The notes beneath the pieces were generated by a model. The model was not told the DNA's origin, ran no database searches, and saw nothing but the letters and a program-made list of their open reading frames with translations. Below are positions 1 through 12,091 of a stretch of 64,000 bases of DNA, one piece after another. The translations under genes were made by a program, and so were the position numbers. The DNA lies in NCBI RefSeq assembly GCF_006345805.1, contig NC_043001.1:84754001-84818000 (forward strand), given 5' to 3'. The DNA is from Octopus sinensis. Taxonomy: Eukaryota. The number at the start of each line of letters is the position of its first letter. Position 1 is the first letter of the stretch.

Positions 1-7
1 TATTATA

Positions 8-663
8 AGCGCACGCATAGCTGTGTGGTAAAGAAGATCGCTTTGTAACCACGTGGTTTCGGGTTCAGTCCGACGGCATCTTGGGCAAGAGTCTTCAGTT
101 ATAGCTCTGGAAGGACCAATGCATTGCGATCGAACTTAGAAAACGGAAACTGAGAAAGCGTATGGTGCGTGTGTGTGCGCGCGAGCGCGTATATATATAT
201 ATATATATATAATTAGTCAAAGGATATACTAGGTATGTCAACCTGCTTGAAATAACAGTCAAAACTCTTATTATTAAATCGCCCAAAAATACACCGGTGA
301 AAAACTACAGAAATAAAACGAAGGCAAAATCAGGTTAAGATAATCTACTAACATACATTTAAGTATTAGGACTAATACTTAAATGTATGTTAGTAGATTA
401 TCTTAACCTGATTTTGCCTTCGTTTTATTTCTGTAGTTTTTCACCGGTGTATTTTTGGGCGATTTAATAATAAGAGTTTGGACTGTTATTTCAATCAGGT
501 AGACATACTTAGTATATGCTTTGATTAATTTTAATCCCTCGGCTATTTAATGCTTTTTTTTTTACTTGCTATCGCCTGTGTCATTGATTCTGTTATTATC
601 ATTTTTAAAATTGTTATATTGGATAATAATAGAATTAATGACACCTTCGTAAATTAATTTTAT

Positions 664-724
<61 letters not shown>

Positions 725-975
725 CATGCACACACAAAAACATACACACACACACATGCATATATAGATATATGCAAATGTCTTCGTGTGCATTTTCCCC
801 CATCGGCCTCGTATTTTTACGACTCACCAAATTAACGGTTCGGCCAAAGAGAATTTAGAATAGGTACTAGATTTAAAGAAAATCCAGGGCGATTTGCTCG
901 ACTAATACCATTCAAGCCAGTGGACTAACATGCCCGCAGTCTAGCGATTGAAACGGTTAAAAGACAAAAGAATAA
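8..975 (+). mobile_element. tRNA-derived SINE family A (degraded), interrupted in its internal (TA)n
   Basis: Head (gctgtgtggtaa...ggttcagtcc...cttgggcaag) at 8-190 and 3' body (cggttcggccaaagag...gatttgctcgact) at ~790-975 match the intact copies at 44733 and 62592. Confidence 0.75.
211..530. repeat. 320-bp palindrome (159-bp arms, 2-nt spacer)
   Basis: 211-369 is the reverse complement of 372-530. The inner ~110 bp are perfect and there are a few mismatches in the outer ~55 bp. Confidence 0.95.
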
Positions 976-1034
976 AAACAACCTCAATCATTAAAATATT
1001 TTGTCTTACATTTACACTCATATATGCAGGAAGA

Positions 1035-1255
1035 AATGTTGCAAAGCATATTGTCTAATGCTCTATCGATTCTGCCAGCTCGCCACTTCCTAGCAGTGTC
1101 TAATTTTGGCATGAGACCAACAATTTTAGGGGAGGGATTATCCATTACTTTTGAACAAAGTACTTGAATGGTACTTTATTTAATCGACCTTGAAAGGATG
1201 AAAGACAAAGTCGACCACGTGGAAATTCGACTCAGAATGTAGGAACCCGGAACAA
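1035..1255 (-). mobile_element. SINE family B, degraded
   Basis: Contains ttctgccagctcgcc and aatcgacc...gaaaggatgaaagacaaagtcgacc...ctcagaa, shared with the copies at 9711 and 35783. Confidence 0.65.
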
Positions 1256-2034
1256 ATGAAATACCACGGGTTTCCCTTCAGGTATTACACGCACACACAT
1301 ACGCACACGCGCGCGTTCATATCTGTTGATTTTCCTGACCTCATTTTCTCTTAACACATACATAATTCTATATACAAGTGGATCTTCCTAATTTTTGTGT
1401 CAGAAAGATCGTTTTTTTTTGTTTCGAAAGCAGCAGGTATTTATTGACAAAAGCATGTTCACATATTGACCACGGTCAGATTCGAACTCAGAACACAAAT
1501 TGCCGGAAGGAATATCAGAAAGAAAATTATTGTCGACATAAGGATACTGCCAGCTCGTGAATTTAACTACTAATATATATATATATATATATATATATAG
1601 TCCATCATCAATGTATTTTCGCCGCCCTCTATTCTTAGGTGGTTTGTGGGGTTAGGCACATGCTCCATAGGATTCTCTCAGAAAAAACTCTCATTGCACT
1701 TTCTAACTTATATGTAAATACTATCATTCCTAACAAGCTTTTGTGTTAGGGTTCAGAAATTTTATTGAAACGATGAAAGTTTCCTCGTACAATTAATTTA
1801 ATATCTATATGTAAACAACATTAATTTATTTAAATGAAATGTTTAGGAAAAGAAATATAACTTTACTGAGAAACATATGCGTTAAGGTACATAGATACGA
1901 TTATACAAGTAAAAGGATACAAAGGTGAGTAAATAACCCTTTCTCCTACAGGTAAAACGCCTGGAATTTGGGAAAAAAGCTGGTCTATTTCATGGAGCCC
2001 CGTGCTCAGCTGATACTCCAAAGGTAGAACCGGA

Positions 2035-2530
2035 AGAAATGTTGCTAAGCATTTTGTCCGGCGTGCAAAGCATTCTGCCTGCTCATCACCTTCAGAGTAT
2101 GTAACTGCTCTTTTCTACTATAGTGCCTGAAGTTTGAGAGAAGGAGGCTGATCGATTACATTAATCCCAGTGCTCCACTGGTACTTATTTTATCGACCTG
2201 GAAACGGATAGAAAGCAAAGACGACATCAACGGTGTTTGAACTTAGAACGTGAAACCGGAAGAAATGCCGCTAATTTTTTTATCCGGTGTGCTGCCAGCT
2301 AACCGCCTTGCGAGTGAGCAAACATTTAAAAATTATTATAAGGCAGAGAGAGTTGGCGCTAAGAAAATTGCTTTTCTTCCCATTTTACACTCGGAGTTTA
2401 AATGCCACCGATGTCGAATTTGCGTTTCATCCTTTCGGGGGTCGATAAATTAAGTACCAGTTGAACACTGGGGTCACTGTAAGCGACTTACTTCTACCTC
2501 GAAATTGCTGATTTTGTGCCAAAAATTGAA
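2035..2530. mobile_element. Two degraded SINE family B copies in opposite orientation
   Basis: A minus-strand copy at ~2035-2310 and a plus-strand copy at ~2340-2530 (tcatcctttcggggtcgataaattaagtaccagttg). Confidence 0.6.
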
Positions 2531-3755
2531 ACTAATATTTAAAAATTATTATTGGGAAAAAATCAAACATGTTCATATGTTAAAAAATTAACATTGACAT
2601 CCGTGAAAATGACGGGCTTCGCAACCTAAAAACTGATTATGTTTAGAAGGAACGATATCAATTTATTAAATTGTTTTCATTGATAATGTGCCTATGTGTA
2701 TTTTAATTTAAATATAGTTACTAATGAAGAAACTAAACGCCGAGCTTGATTAATTAATGAGCGGCGTGGAATTCCCACTGGTTTCGATAGACTATATGGT
2801 ACTTTGGGAAAACATTTTTGTTAAGAGAAAAAGAAAACCACTGGTTATAGCTCATATTCAAGTAATTAATTAATTGATTAATTAATCAATTAATTAAAAT
2901 GTTTTATCAAATCTTTTTATCAGATAACATTGATAATTTTCATTGATATCATTGCTATTTTGATCCAAAGTTTATTGCGTTTATATGTGTCGTGTTTATT
3001 TGTAGATAGTTGATTAATTTTAAATGGAGAAATTATGAAAACGTGCGGTAAGAATTTTTACTTCAACATTTTTCAACAACCCGCTTCTTTTATCTATAGC
3101 GAACTGGGAGTGTAGATGTTACTTCATTTTCGTTGTACTCGTATCAGTTATTTTATTTCTCAGCCCATTCTCCATACTACGAAGCGTATCTCCGCGCTAG
3201 TTCTTCATGGATGAATAAACTATATACCTCGATATGCTATTTCCTTATATCCCTTGCTTTTCAGTGTAATCGTTGGTAGCTTTAACAAGCTATTTCACTA
3301 CAGGGTCATTGCACAAATCGATATGACTTATCATTTAGTGATTTAGTTGATCTGTACGTTTTATTTTTCTTTCTTCTTTTACTGAATAATGTTAATGCTG
3401 TGTTTTCTTGGGTGTGGCGTCCACACATATTATATTCTAGAACTTGTGAAAATAAAAGCTCTACTCATTTCTTTATATTTCATATTCCAGAATTCACTAC
3501 CATATATGAAAAGGTTCCACTCACACCGTTTCGAATCTTTAATTGGTCTCCTTGAAAAGCCTTATCTGGCATTCCTTGCTATCGTCGGAGAATTTCATGG
3601 GGTGAAGGAAATCTTGTGTATGCTTTTGCATTCATGGGATCGATGTATGCGACATACATTTCATATAAATCTTACTAAATCTACTGTAAAGAATTATATT
3701 TTTTACAATTCCGATGTAGTACAGTTCTGTGTATGCGTATATCTTTGTACTTATA

Positions 3756-3831
<76 letters not shown>

Positions 3832-3844
3832 CATACATACATAT

Positions 3845-3890
<46 letters not shown>

Positions 3891-4129
3891 GCATACATAT
3901 ATACATACATATATATATATATATGTAGGTATGTATGTATATATATATATGCATGTGTGTATGTACAAACATATATAAATGCGTGGGGCTTGCATCCTGT
4001 AAATGAAGGAATAATACTTTTATCGTCTAAATATAGTTCGATTTGTAGAATTGACAATCTTAAACTGTATGCCAGTACGTCTACCAATGGCTACATGGAT
4101 GCTCAGGTGGATGTAGTATGCATCGAATG

Positions 4130-4185
<56 letters not shown>

Positions 4186-4635
4186 TACAACTTATGAATA
4201 AGGGCTAAAGAAAATTATTTCAATGCCAATATGCTGATAACAGACTTTTAAATCGTCAATTTCCACATATTAATTACTCGCTACAGAAAAAAACACGAAG
4301 AACTGAAATCGGGGAAAGCCGGCCGATAGAATTTTTTAAAAAGTTCGTTATTTCTATATTGAATCAATTTCGGAATTAATCTCATAATAGATTCTTTCCT
4401 CTTCAGTAGAACATACGAAAGGATATAAATAAGATACTTACACGTGCCCATGGAAAATAGCCGAAGCAAAAATCATGAGTACATATAAGTACCCCAGATA
4501 TATCTAAAAATAAAATTCTTTGGTCAGCCTCAGCACAACGTGTTGACTGTTCTCCACTACAGGTTATAATGGTTACCAGTACCTATTGCGTGTAGTAATA
4601 AGTCTACTACTAATATAGGATGAAGTTTTTTTTTG

Positions 4636-5200
4636 TATAGACTGACAAAAAATTGTCGACAGTGACGCACGTTCCAGAAGTCACGCAGCCAACAGAACTG
4701 ATGAAAATATAGCATTGCTCACCATCAGTATGTTCCATCTGGTCAGATAGTAAACAAGGTGACGTATTGCCACGTGTAAGAGATCTTGTTCATTGGAAAC
4801 GACCAGAAGTACATGCGTCCGGTGAGTGGCAACTCCATTATGACAACACACCTGCCCATTCAGCACAGCTTGTGAAGCGGTTTTGGGTCAAGTACAACAT
4901 TCCTAGGTCCAACAACCACCCTAATTCCTAGATCTCGCCTCCTGTGATATTTTTCTTCTCTCCAAAAATCAACTGCAACTTCAAAGGAACAAGATTTCAA
5001 GATGTCGACTTACTCCAAGAGAATGCGACGAGGCAGCTGCTCGTTAACCCTCAAAAAAGAGACCCTGGGGTACATCCATCAATGGAAACAACGCTGGCTA
5101 AACAGTGTGACTTCAGAAAGGAAAATCTTCGAAGGAGATATAAGTTGTAGTTTTGCTTTTATGGCTCACCATTCCTGATATTTTTGGTCAGATATCGTAT
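4636..5200 (+). pseudogene. Degraded mariner (D,D34D) transposon, internally deleted
   Basis: Broken frames read HQYVPSGQIVNK...RPEVHASGEWQLHYDNTPAHSAQLV...DLASCDIFFSPKINCNFKGTRFQDV...QWKQRW, typical of the mariner catalytic domain. A TIR-like end (ttcctgatatttttggtcagatatcgTA) lies at ~5172-5200. Confidence 0.85.
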
Positions 5201-5246
5201 AGGTATACTTATATAATACATACATAGCTATGCAAATACATACATG

Positions 5247-5323
<77 letters not shown>

Positions 5324-5914
5324 TATATATTATATTTATATATGCGTGTGTGTGTATGTGTGAGTATGCGTATGCATGTGTGTGTCTGTTACTGTGTGTC
5401 TGTGCCAACGCTCGTATACATAGAGTATATATAGTATATTTCAACAATTTCACCTCTGTTTAATGTGAAAGGTAATTATTTAAACATTCTGCCGTAATTG
5501 CTACTGTTTTTTGTCATAATTTCAATGATTCATAAACCAGCTTATTAATATGTCATTTCACCAAGAGATGAATTAATAAGTTAATTATTAGATATAAATG
5601 TGGAAGTATATTCTTATGCAGAATACAGGAAGTATTAAAGTAGTTTTTTAGCTACACACAAATATTTCCTGCATATATATATGCTTTTGGCAAAGATACA
5701 TCTTTTATGCGCTGGTGTATGTCGTTGTGAGCGTGGGTAACTGTGTGTGCATGTATGTGTGCTTATGTGAATACGTGTGTGCATATGTGTGTGCTTATGT
5801 GAGTACGTGTGTGCATATGTGTATGTGAGTGTATAAACCCATAAAAATAATTGTTTTTAATACAAATAAAGTTTAGTTTTGTTTATGTGTACACACATAT
5901 GCACTTGATTTTCT

Positions 5915-6100
<186 letters not shown>

Positions 6101-6236
6101 CAATCTCTAAATTCTATCACTCGCATTTTCGCATTTACGAATATGTTCGTTTTTACATGCATATTGTCGTGTGTGTATGTGTGTGTGTGTGTGTGCATGT
6201 ATGTGTATGATGTGTATGTTTTTATGTGTGTGTTTT

Positions 6237-6312
<76 letters not shown>

Positions 6313-7137
6313 TCGTATATGTGTCTGCACTTCTAAATGTGCATGTAAGAAAGGAAGACACCGCCTACGTGTACGTGTATGTGTTTGCGTGCGTGCATGT
6401 GCGTGTTCATGGGTACGTCTGTGTGCGTTTGTGTGAGTATGCGTTTGACTTATGTTTGGTGGTTTGTGTTCGTTCCGACATATAAATAGTCCCATATTTT
6501 TACTTCGCAATAAACTGTAAATTTTAATTTGTCAAATCTAAGAACATAATAGGAAGTAATTTTAGAAGACAATGCAGGATATCGGCGGTTAATTGAGGAC
6601 AGGTTGAGGGTGTGACGTGGTAGGTGCTGTACAGAGAGGTGGTGTCGGAGTAGGTGGAATGGAAGGATTGTTTAATGGAAGAGAGTAAGGAAGGAAGTGT
6701 TAAATTATAATGGCGTAGTATCGTAAATTATGGTTATATATTACGCGTATGCAATTAAGGGCCGAAAGAGAAAGGAGAGAAAGAAAGAGGGGGCAGAAAA
6801 TATGAAGAAGAAATGCGGAGGAAGATAGAGAAAGAGAAAACAAAAACATATAGATAGATAGTTACAGAGAGAGAGAGAGAGAGAAGGGAAAGAGAGGGAG
6901 TGAGAGAAAAAGAGGGAGAGAGGGAGGGAAAGAGAGAGAGAGACGGCAGACAGTCAGACAGAAACGAGAAGTAAAATACTGAAGTGGAAGATAGGCGGAA
7001 GAGGGGCGTTGGTAATTAGAGAAGATTGGTAACAAGGTAACAACAGAAATATTGAAACATACATATATGCATATGAATATACCAACCATATGTACAGGTA
7101 AGACTATACATACATCATGCATACATACATACATACA

Positions 7138-7173
<36 letters not shown>

Positions 7174-7220
7174 TATATGCAAATACATTTGTACATAATT
7201 ACATTTGCATATATATGCTT

Positions 7221-7269
<49 letters not shown>

Positions 7270-7500
7270 GTGGTTGTGTAAGTATATGGACAGTCATTTA
7301 TGCATAAATATATGTGTGCATACAGAGGGAGAAAGAAATGCTGGAAGTAAGACGAAAGAGAAAAATAAATCTAACTGAGTAAAGAAGAAAACAAAAAGAG
7401 GGGGAGATGAAAGGAGAAGGTGGGGAGGAGAAATGGTCGTTAAATTGTATCATGAAGAAAGTTTTCTTCGCATAAGCAACCGAGACAAAGAAGTAGTAAG

Positions 7501-7633
7501 ATGCCTTCCTATACGTTGTATTATTTCAACGGCCGAGGACGGGCGGAGGTCCTTCGAATGCTGTTCTCCGCAGCAGGAGTTCAGTTTCAGGACAAACGGA
7601 TTGAGTTTTCGGAATGGAGCCATTACAAAAGCA
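7501..7633 (+). CDS. S-crystallin coding exon 1 (GST N-terminal domain start)
   Basis: ATG at 7501, [44 protein letters not shown] + 1 nt; donor A|GTAAGT at 7634. Confidence 0.95.
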
Positions 7634-7689
7634 GTAAGTGTATTTTCGTTTACATTTTACAGCTTTTAAGTTCGCTGCCTTGATTTTTA

Positions 7690-7890
7690 GAATGTAATCC
7701 AGCATTTGAACAAACAACTGCGGTTCTCCAAACAAGCCAACCGACTTTTTGAGGAGCCTTTTGATGGATTTCTTGATAAAAGAACTTCGGATACGCTCTT
7801 CAAAGGTCTCCACATTTCAACTCACTGGTAATCGCCTTAGGGATATTTACCTCCATACGCATCATGTGTCCCATGGAGAATTATAGTTAT
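7690..7890 (-). mobile_element. RTE-type LINE C-terminal fragment
   Basis: Minus strand reads GHMMRMEVNIPKAITSELKCG...YPKF then (frameshift) IKRLLKKSVG, matching the WLGHV-RM...PK...EL..G C-terminal region of RTE ORFs. Confidence 0.6.
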
Positions 7891-7921
7891 CCTCTAGTTC
7901 AGAAGGAATATAAATTAGATA

Positions 7922-8403
7922 CCGTAAACCCTCGAGTATAATCCGCATTTTCCCCCAAAATTTAAAGGTGAAAATCCCTAGTGCGTATTATATACGAGGT
8001 TAAAAATGAAAATTATTTTCTAAGCATTGTCCGAGTCTCTATTTGCTCTCCGGTAATGTTTATTCAGACACATTTTGTGATGTCGGGCGCGAAAATACCT
8101 TAAATCATCCATAGCTTGCAGTTAGTAACATTTATTAAACATTATTACTGTTATTTCTTTATTTTCTGCGAACAAAATGCTCAAAAAAAGCTACACGTTT
8201 GCATTATGTTATATATGTACAATAATAATAAAGCACGTTACCGTATACATTTTTACAAACCAAGGATGTTATATAGGCTTCCTTGACTCAAGTTAGAGAA
8301 ACGGTGCGTATTATACACAAGGTTTAGGTTTTTCAGAGATACAACCCCCTAAAAGTCCCCTGCGTATTATACTCAAGGGCGGACTATACTCGAGGATTTA
8401 CGG
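7922..8403. mobile_element. Tc2/pogo-like MITE, 482 bp, TA target-site duplication
   Basis: TA|CCGTAAACCCTCGAGTATAATCCGC ... GCGGACTATACTCGAGGATTTACGG|TA. The 25-bp TIRs have 2 mismatches, with TA at 7920-21 and 8404-05. Confidence 0.9.
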
Positions 8404-8409
8404 TAATCC

Positions 8410-8640
8410 AATTTTGCGCATGTTCATCTTTCGAACATTTAGTAAATTGTGCAGCAACATCTTATAAAGGTATTTCGAGTGCCCTGCGCCCTCTTCGAAG
8501 GCTTCTGCACTTTAGTTCGCTGTTGAGCATTTTCTTGATGGCCTTTAATGTCCTCCATTCGGATCAAGTGTGGCATTCATTGCAATGATGATTTCAGAAG
8601 AATGGTTCGCTTAGCTGTCACTTGCAAGCAAGTATACATG
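8410..8640 (-). mobile_element. Second RTE-type LINE C-terminal fragment
   Basis: Minus strand reads PHLIRMED...KMLNSELKCRSLRRG, the same protein segment as 7690-7890. Confidence 0.55.
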
Positions 8641-8804
8641 GTAGCTGGTACTACACATTCACTTATTCTTTAGGTATCTTTGTATTACAAGCATGCATAA
8701 GAACCCACTTGACCTTCTCATACTTGGCTCTGAAGGATATCAAAGATGTGATATAGAGAAGAGAAAACAAAAGAGAGATATAGAGTTCTGGCTATCCATC
8801 AACG

Positions 8805-8874
<70 letters not shown>

Positions 8875-8907
8875 GATATGTGTGTGTGTATGTGTGTGTG
8901 TGTGTGA

Positions 8908-8975
<68 letters not shown>

Positions 8976-9403
8976 TGTGTGTGTGTGTGTGTATTAGCTC
9001 CTGATGAGCGAATCAACGAAGATGCTTCTGTGTTGTTCGAAATAGCCACAACATATTTCTCATATTTAAATATCTTAGTAAAAATAAGGACTCATTTTAG
9101 TATGCTGAACCTTTGTACTCTACATAAATTAACAAATAGATCAACCACTCAGATCTGAAATCTCTAATTTTCCATGACGCCTTATCTTTCTGTCATCTTT
9201 TAGATTAAAGAAATGCTAGTTCATTATTTTCTTATTGTCATTCACGTTAAATATGCAACGGTGATGCTCCAGCACGACAGCAGCTTTGAAGATGAAACAT
9301 TTTAGAATAGTTTTCAATAGTTATATATATAATACAGTTCTATATTTAAGGGATGAGGAATTATGTACATTGACGGATATTAGTCATCATCTTGTTTGTT
9401 GCT

Positions 9404-9449
9404 AACACAATGTTTAGGCTGATATACCCTCCAGCCTTCATCAGGTATC
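9404..9449 (-). ncRNA. Minimal type I hammerhead ribozyme motif (degenerate copy)
   Basis: GAUAC-CUGAUGA-A-GGCUG[10 nt]CAGCC-UAAAC-AUU-GUGUU. Stems I and II and CUGAUGA are intact, but GAAA is mutated to UAAA. Confidence 0.6.
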
Positions 9450-9710
9450 TTGGGGAAATTTCGAACCTAGGTTCTCATTCCTAAGCTATTTTTCGATGTT
9501 ATTATTATTATCATTATTATTATTGTGATTCTTCTTCTTCTTATTATTATTATTATTGTTGTTATTATTACGGTCACTGCCTGGAATCGTACTCGGAGTA
9601 TTGGGGTTAGTAGTCCGAGATCTTAACCACTATGCCATATGCTCGTGGGCAATCATGGAGTGAATTTTAGGGCTTAAAAATCTATTATACTTCTATCCTT
9701 CCTTAATACC

Positions 9711-9932
9711 TATTTCTTTACTACTCACAAGGGGCTAAACACAGAGAGGACAAACAAGGACAGACAAACGGATTAAGTCGATTATATCGACCCCAGTACG
9801 TAACTGGTACTTAATTTATCGACCCCGAAAGGATGAAAGGCAAAGTCGACCTCGGCGGAATTTGAACGTAACGTCAGACAAAATACGGCTACGCATTTCG
9901 CCCGGCGTGCTAACGTTTTTGCCAGCTCACCG
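9711..9932 (-). mobile_element. SINE family B inserted into the Penelope element, 14-bp TSD
   Basis: CCTTCCTTAATACC at 9697-9710 and 9933-9946 flanks a full-length copy with a tRNA-like head (ggtgagctggcaaaaacgttagc). Confidence 0.9.
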
Positions 9933-10695
9933 CCTTCCTTAATACCGGTTCCCTCATGCTGTTCACATCTGCACTCGGTCTGCTTAGGAGGTTGATGTGT
10001 CCTAGCATATGTGCTGCTTCTTTTAGTCTTCGTATTTTCCAGTGGTGTCCTCTGTCTATTATTTTAACTTCATCACACAGGGGGAGATGGTCTCCATTTT
10101 TCCATGCATGATCAGCTACACCCGATTTATCAATATCTCCCCGTGAGGCCTTTCACATAGGGTAGACAGACTGTGGAGAGATTATAGGTTTCATCCACTC
10201 TTTTTCTTCATAATTGGAGTGGAGAGTATACTTTTGGAGTAGTTGTTGCTTAATAGATTGTTACTGAACTTGGTGGGTATCACGGGTATCGATGTTTTAG
10301 GCAATGAGCAATGCCACTTTTTACACTGTATGGATGGTGGGAGTTGAAGTTGAGGTATCGTCCAGTGAAGGTCGGCTTGCGCCAGACGGATGTCCTGAAT
10401 CCATACTTGGCGCGTGTTATTAAAACGTCCAGGAATGCTAGCTGATTGTCTTTTTCTTTTTCCATTGTGAGCTGTATGGATGGCTTTATTGAGTTCGCAT
10501 GATCTAACAGCACTTGGACATATTCCTGGTGGGACCAGGGTGTGAAGGTGTCATTAACATATCGCAGCCATAGGGTCAGTTTAATGGTGTTGATCCTAAA
10601 GCCAAATTCTCAGAGTATCCATGTATATATTAGCTATTATCGGTGATAATGGCGAACGCATTGCTAAACCCTCTTCTTATCGATATACATCAGTT

Positions 10696-10736
10696 TCCAT
10701 ACTGAAGTAGGTAGAAACTACCTACTTCAGTATGGA
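10696..10736. repeat. Perfect 19-bp hairpin at the 5' junction of the Penelope fragment
   Basis: TCCATACTGAAGTAGGTAG-AAA-CTACCTACTTCAGTATGGA. Confidence 0.9.
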
Positions 10737-10842
10737 CACATATATATATATGGCGTAGTGGTTCAGAGCGCGGGGTTTGGTAAACAGACATGTGTGTGTG
10801 TGTATGTGTGTGGAGGGGTGTCTATCTGTGTGTGCGTGTGTG

Positions 10843-11030
10843 TACAGGGTTGGCTGATAATAAATCAAACTTCCGTAAATGCTATCTGTAATTCTGCATT
10901 GACTCGAATGAAGAAATATGTCGCTCAAGAAGTACTTGAGTTTGAACAATTTTCATGATGTTTCATATTTAGATGTAAATCTTGGAATTAAATGGTTTTG
11001 ATTTACTGTTAGGTAACTTTTGGTCAACCC

Positions 11031-11033
<3 letters not shown>
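10843..11033. mobile_element. Tc1-like MITE (degraded)
   Basis: Ends TACAGGGTTGGCTG... and ...TTTTGGTCAACCCTGCATA are imperfect inverted repeats of the CAGGGTTG type. Confidence 0.5.
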
Positions 11034-11080
<47 letters not shown>

Positions 11081-11082
11081 GG

Positions 11083-11113
<31 letters not shown>

Positions 11114-11665
11114 GGAGAGAGAGAGGGAGTGAGAGAAAGAGAAAGAGAGGGAGAGAGAGAGAAGTTCTGCTGTGAGATAAGGAGTTTGGCTACCTTGGTC
11201 ATATCGATATTTCACGTTTTCTCGGAAGTTTAGGAAATTCTTAAGACATATCAACAATTTACGATCATTTACTAACCGATTTTTTCTAAGCAATTCTGAG
11301 GAGTGGGAAATGTCAGGTACTTTAATTTATCAGTACAAAACGGTGAAAGGTGAAGTTGATTACAGGTGGATTTGTCCTTTTTTTTTCTACATATATTTAG
11401 TAAATAGGAAACGCAGTATGTTGTTTTCAGTGCCAACACAAGAAAAAAAAAGAAAAGAAAATAAAAGAAAAGAAAAGAAACGCTGATTGCGGTGAAATAA
11501 AGAAACGGAATGCATGTCAAAGAGCATAAGTGTGGGCTTCAATAGAAAGAAGCTTGGAATAACTGGATTGATGGATCTTTGGTTCGCACCTCTTCAAGGT
11601 GCCAGCTAATCTGTTCTCAATTCATTTCTGAGTTATGAATTAATTGGGATATAAAACATCAAATA

Positions 11666-11683
11666 TCAACAACAACAACAACA

Positions 11684-11736
<53 letters not shown>

Positions 11737-12045
11737 ACCACTACTACTACTACTGCTACTACTACTACCACCACTACCACCACATCCGCTGCTGCCGCCG
11801 CCACCACCAGCACCACCTCCACCACCACCACCACCATCACCACCATCACTACTACTACTACTACTACTACAACTACTACTACTACTACTACCACTACTAC
11901 TACTACTGCTACTACTACTACCACCACTACCACCACATCCGCTGCTGCCGCCGCCACCAGCACCACTACCTCCACCACCACCACCACCACCACCACCACC
12001 ACCATCACCACCATCACTACTACTACTACTACTACTACTACTACA

Positions 12046-12091
<46 letters not shown>

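Larger units (their letters stand above)
9333..10680 (-). mobile_element. 5'-truncated Penelope-like element (RT + GIY-YIG remnants + pLTR)
   Basis: Minus strand: GLAMRSPLSPIIANIYMD...WLRYVNDTF (RT motifs), then ORF 10280-10513 (SIQLTMEKEKDNQLAFLDVLITR...VWRKPTFTGRYLNFNSHHP), then SGVADHAWKNGDH...DEVKII...RRLKEAAHM (GIY-YIG C-terminus), then a terminal repeat with a hammerhead motif. Confidence 0.88.

Noticed and set aside
2600-2630. Isolated Helitron-like 3' end (CCGT...ACGG...CTAA)
   Set aside because: The hairpin is only 4-5 bp and no matching 5' end or internal homology was recognised.
2866-2897. Perfect 32-bp palindrome
   Set aside because: It is built from TTAA/ATTA low-complexity units and is expected by slippage in AT-rich DNA.
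3389-4208. Cluster of 60-180 aa ORFs rich in YI, LS, ER and HT dipeptides, and the many similar ORFs throughout the window
   Set aside because: Read-through of (TA)n, (CT)n, (CA)n and (CATA)n microsatellites, with no protein-like content.
6481-6486. TATAAA as the crystallin TATA box
   Set aside because: It is about 1 kb upstream of the ATG, with no convincing donor/acceptor pair to link it, and the motif is common in this composition.
7433-7669. 78-aa ORF overlapping exon 1 in another frame
   Set aside because: Shadow frame with no recognisable features. It is at most an overlapping uORF and is unsupported.
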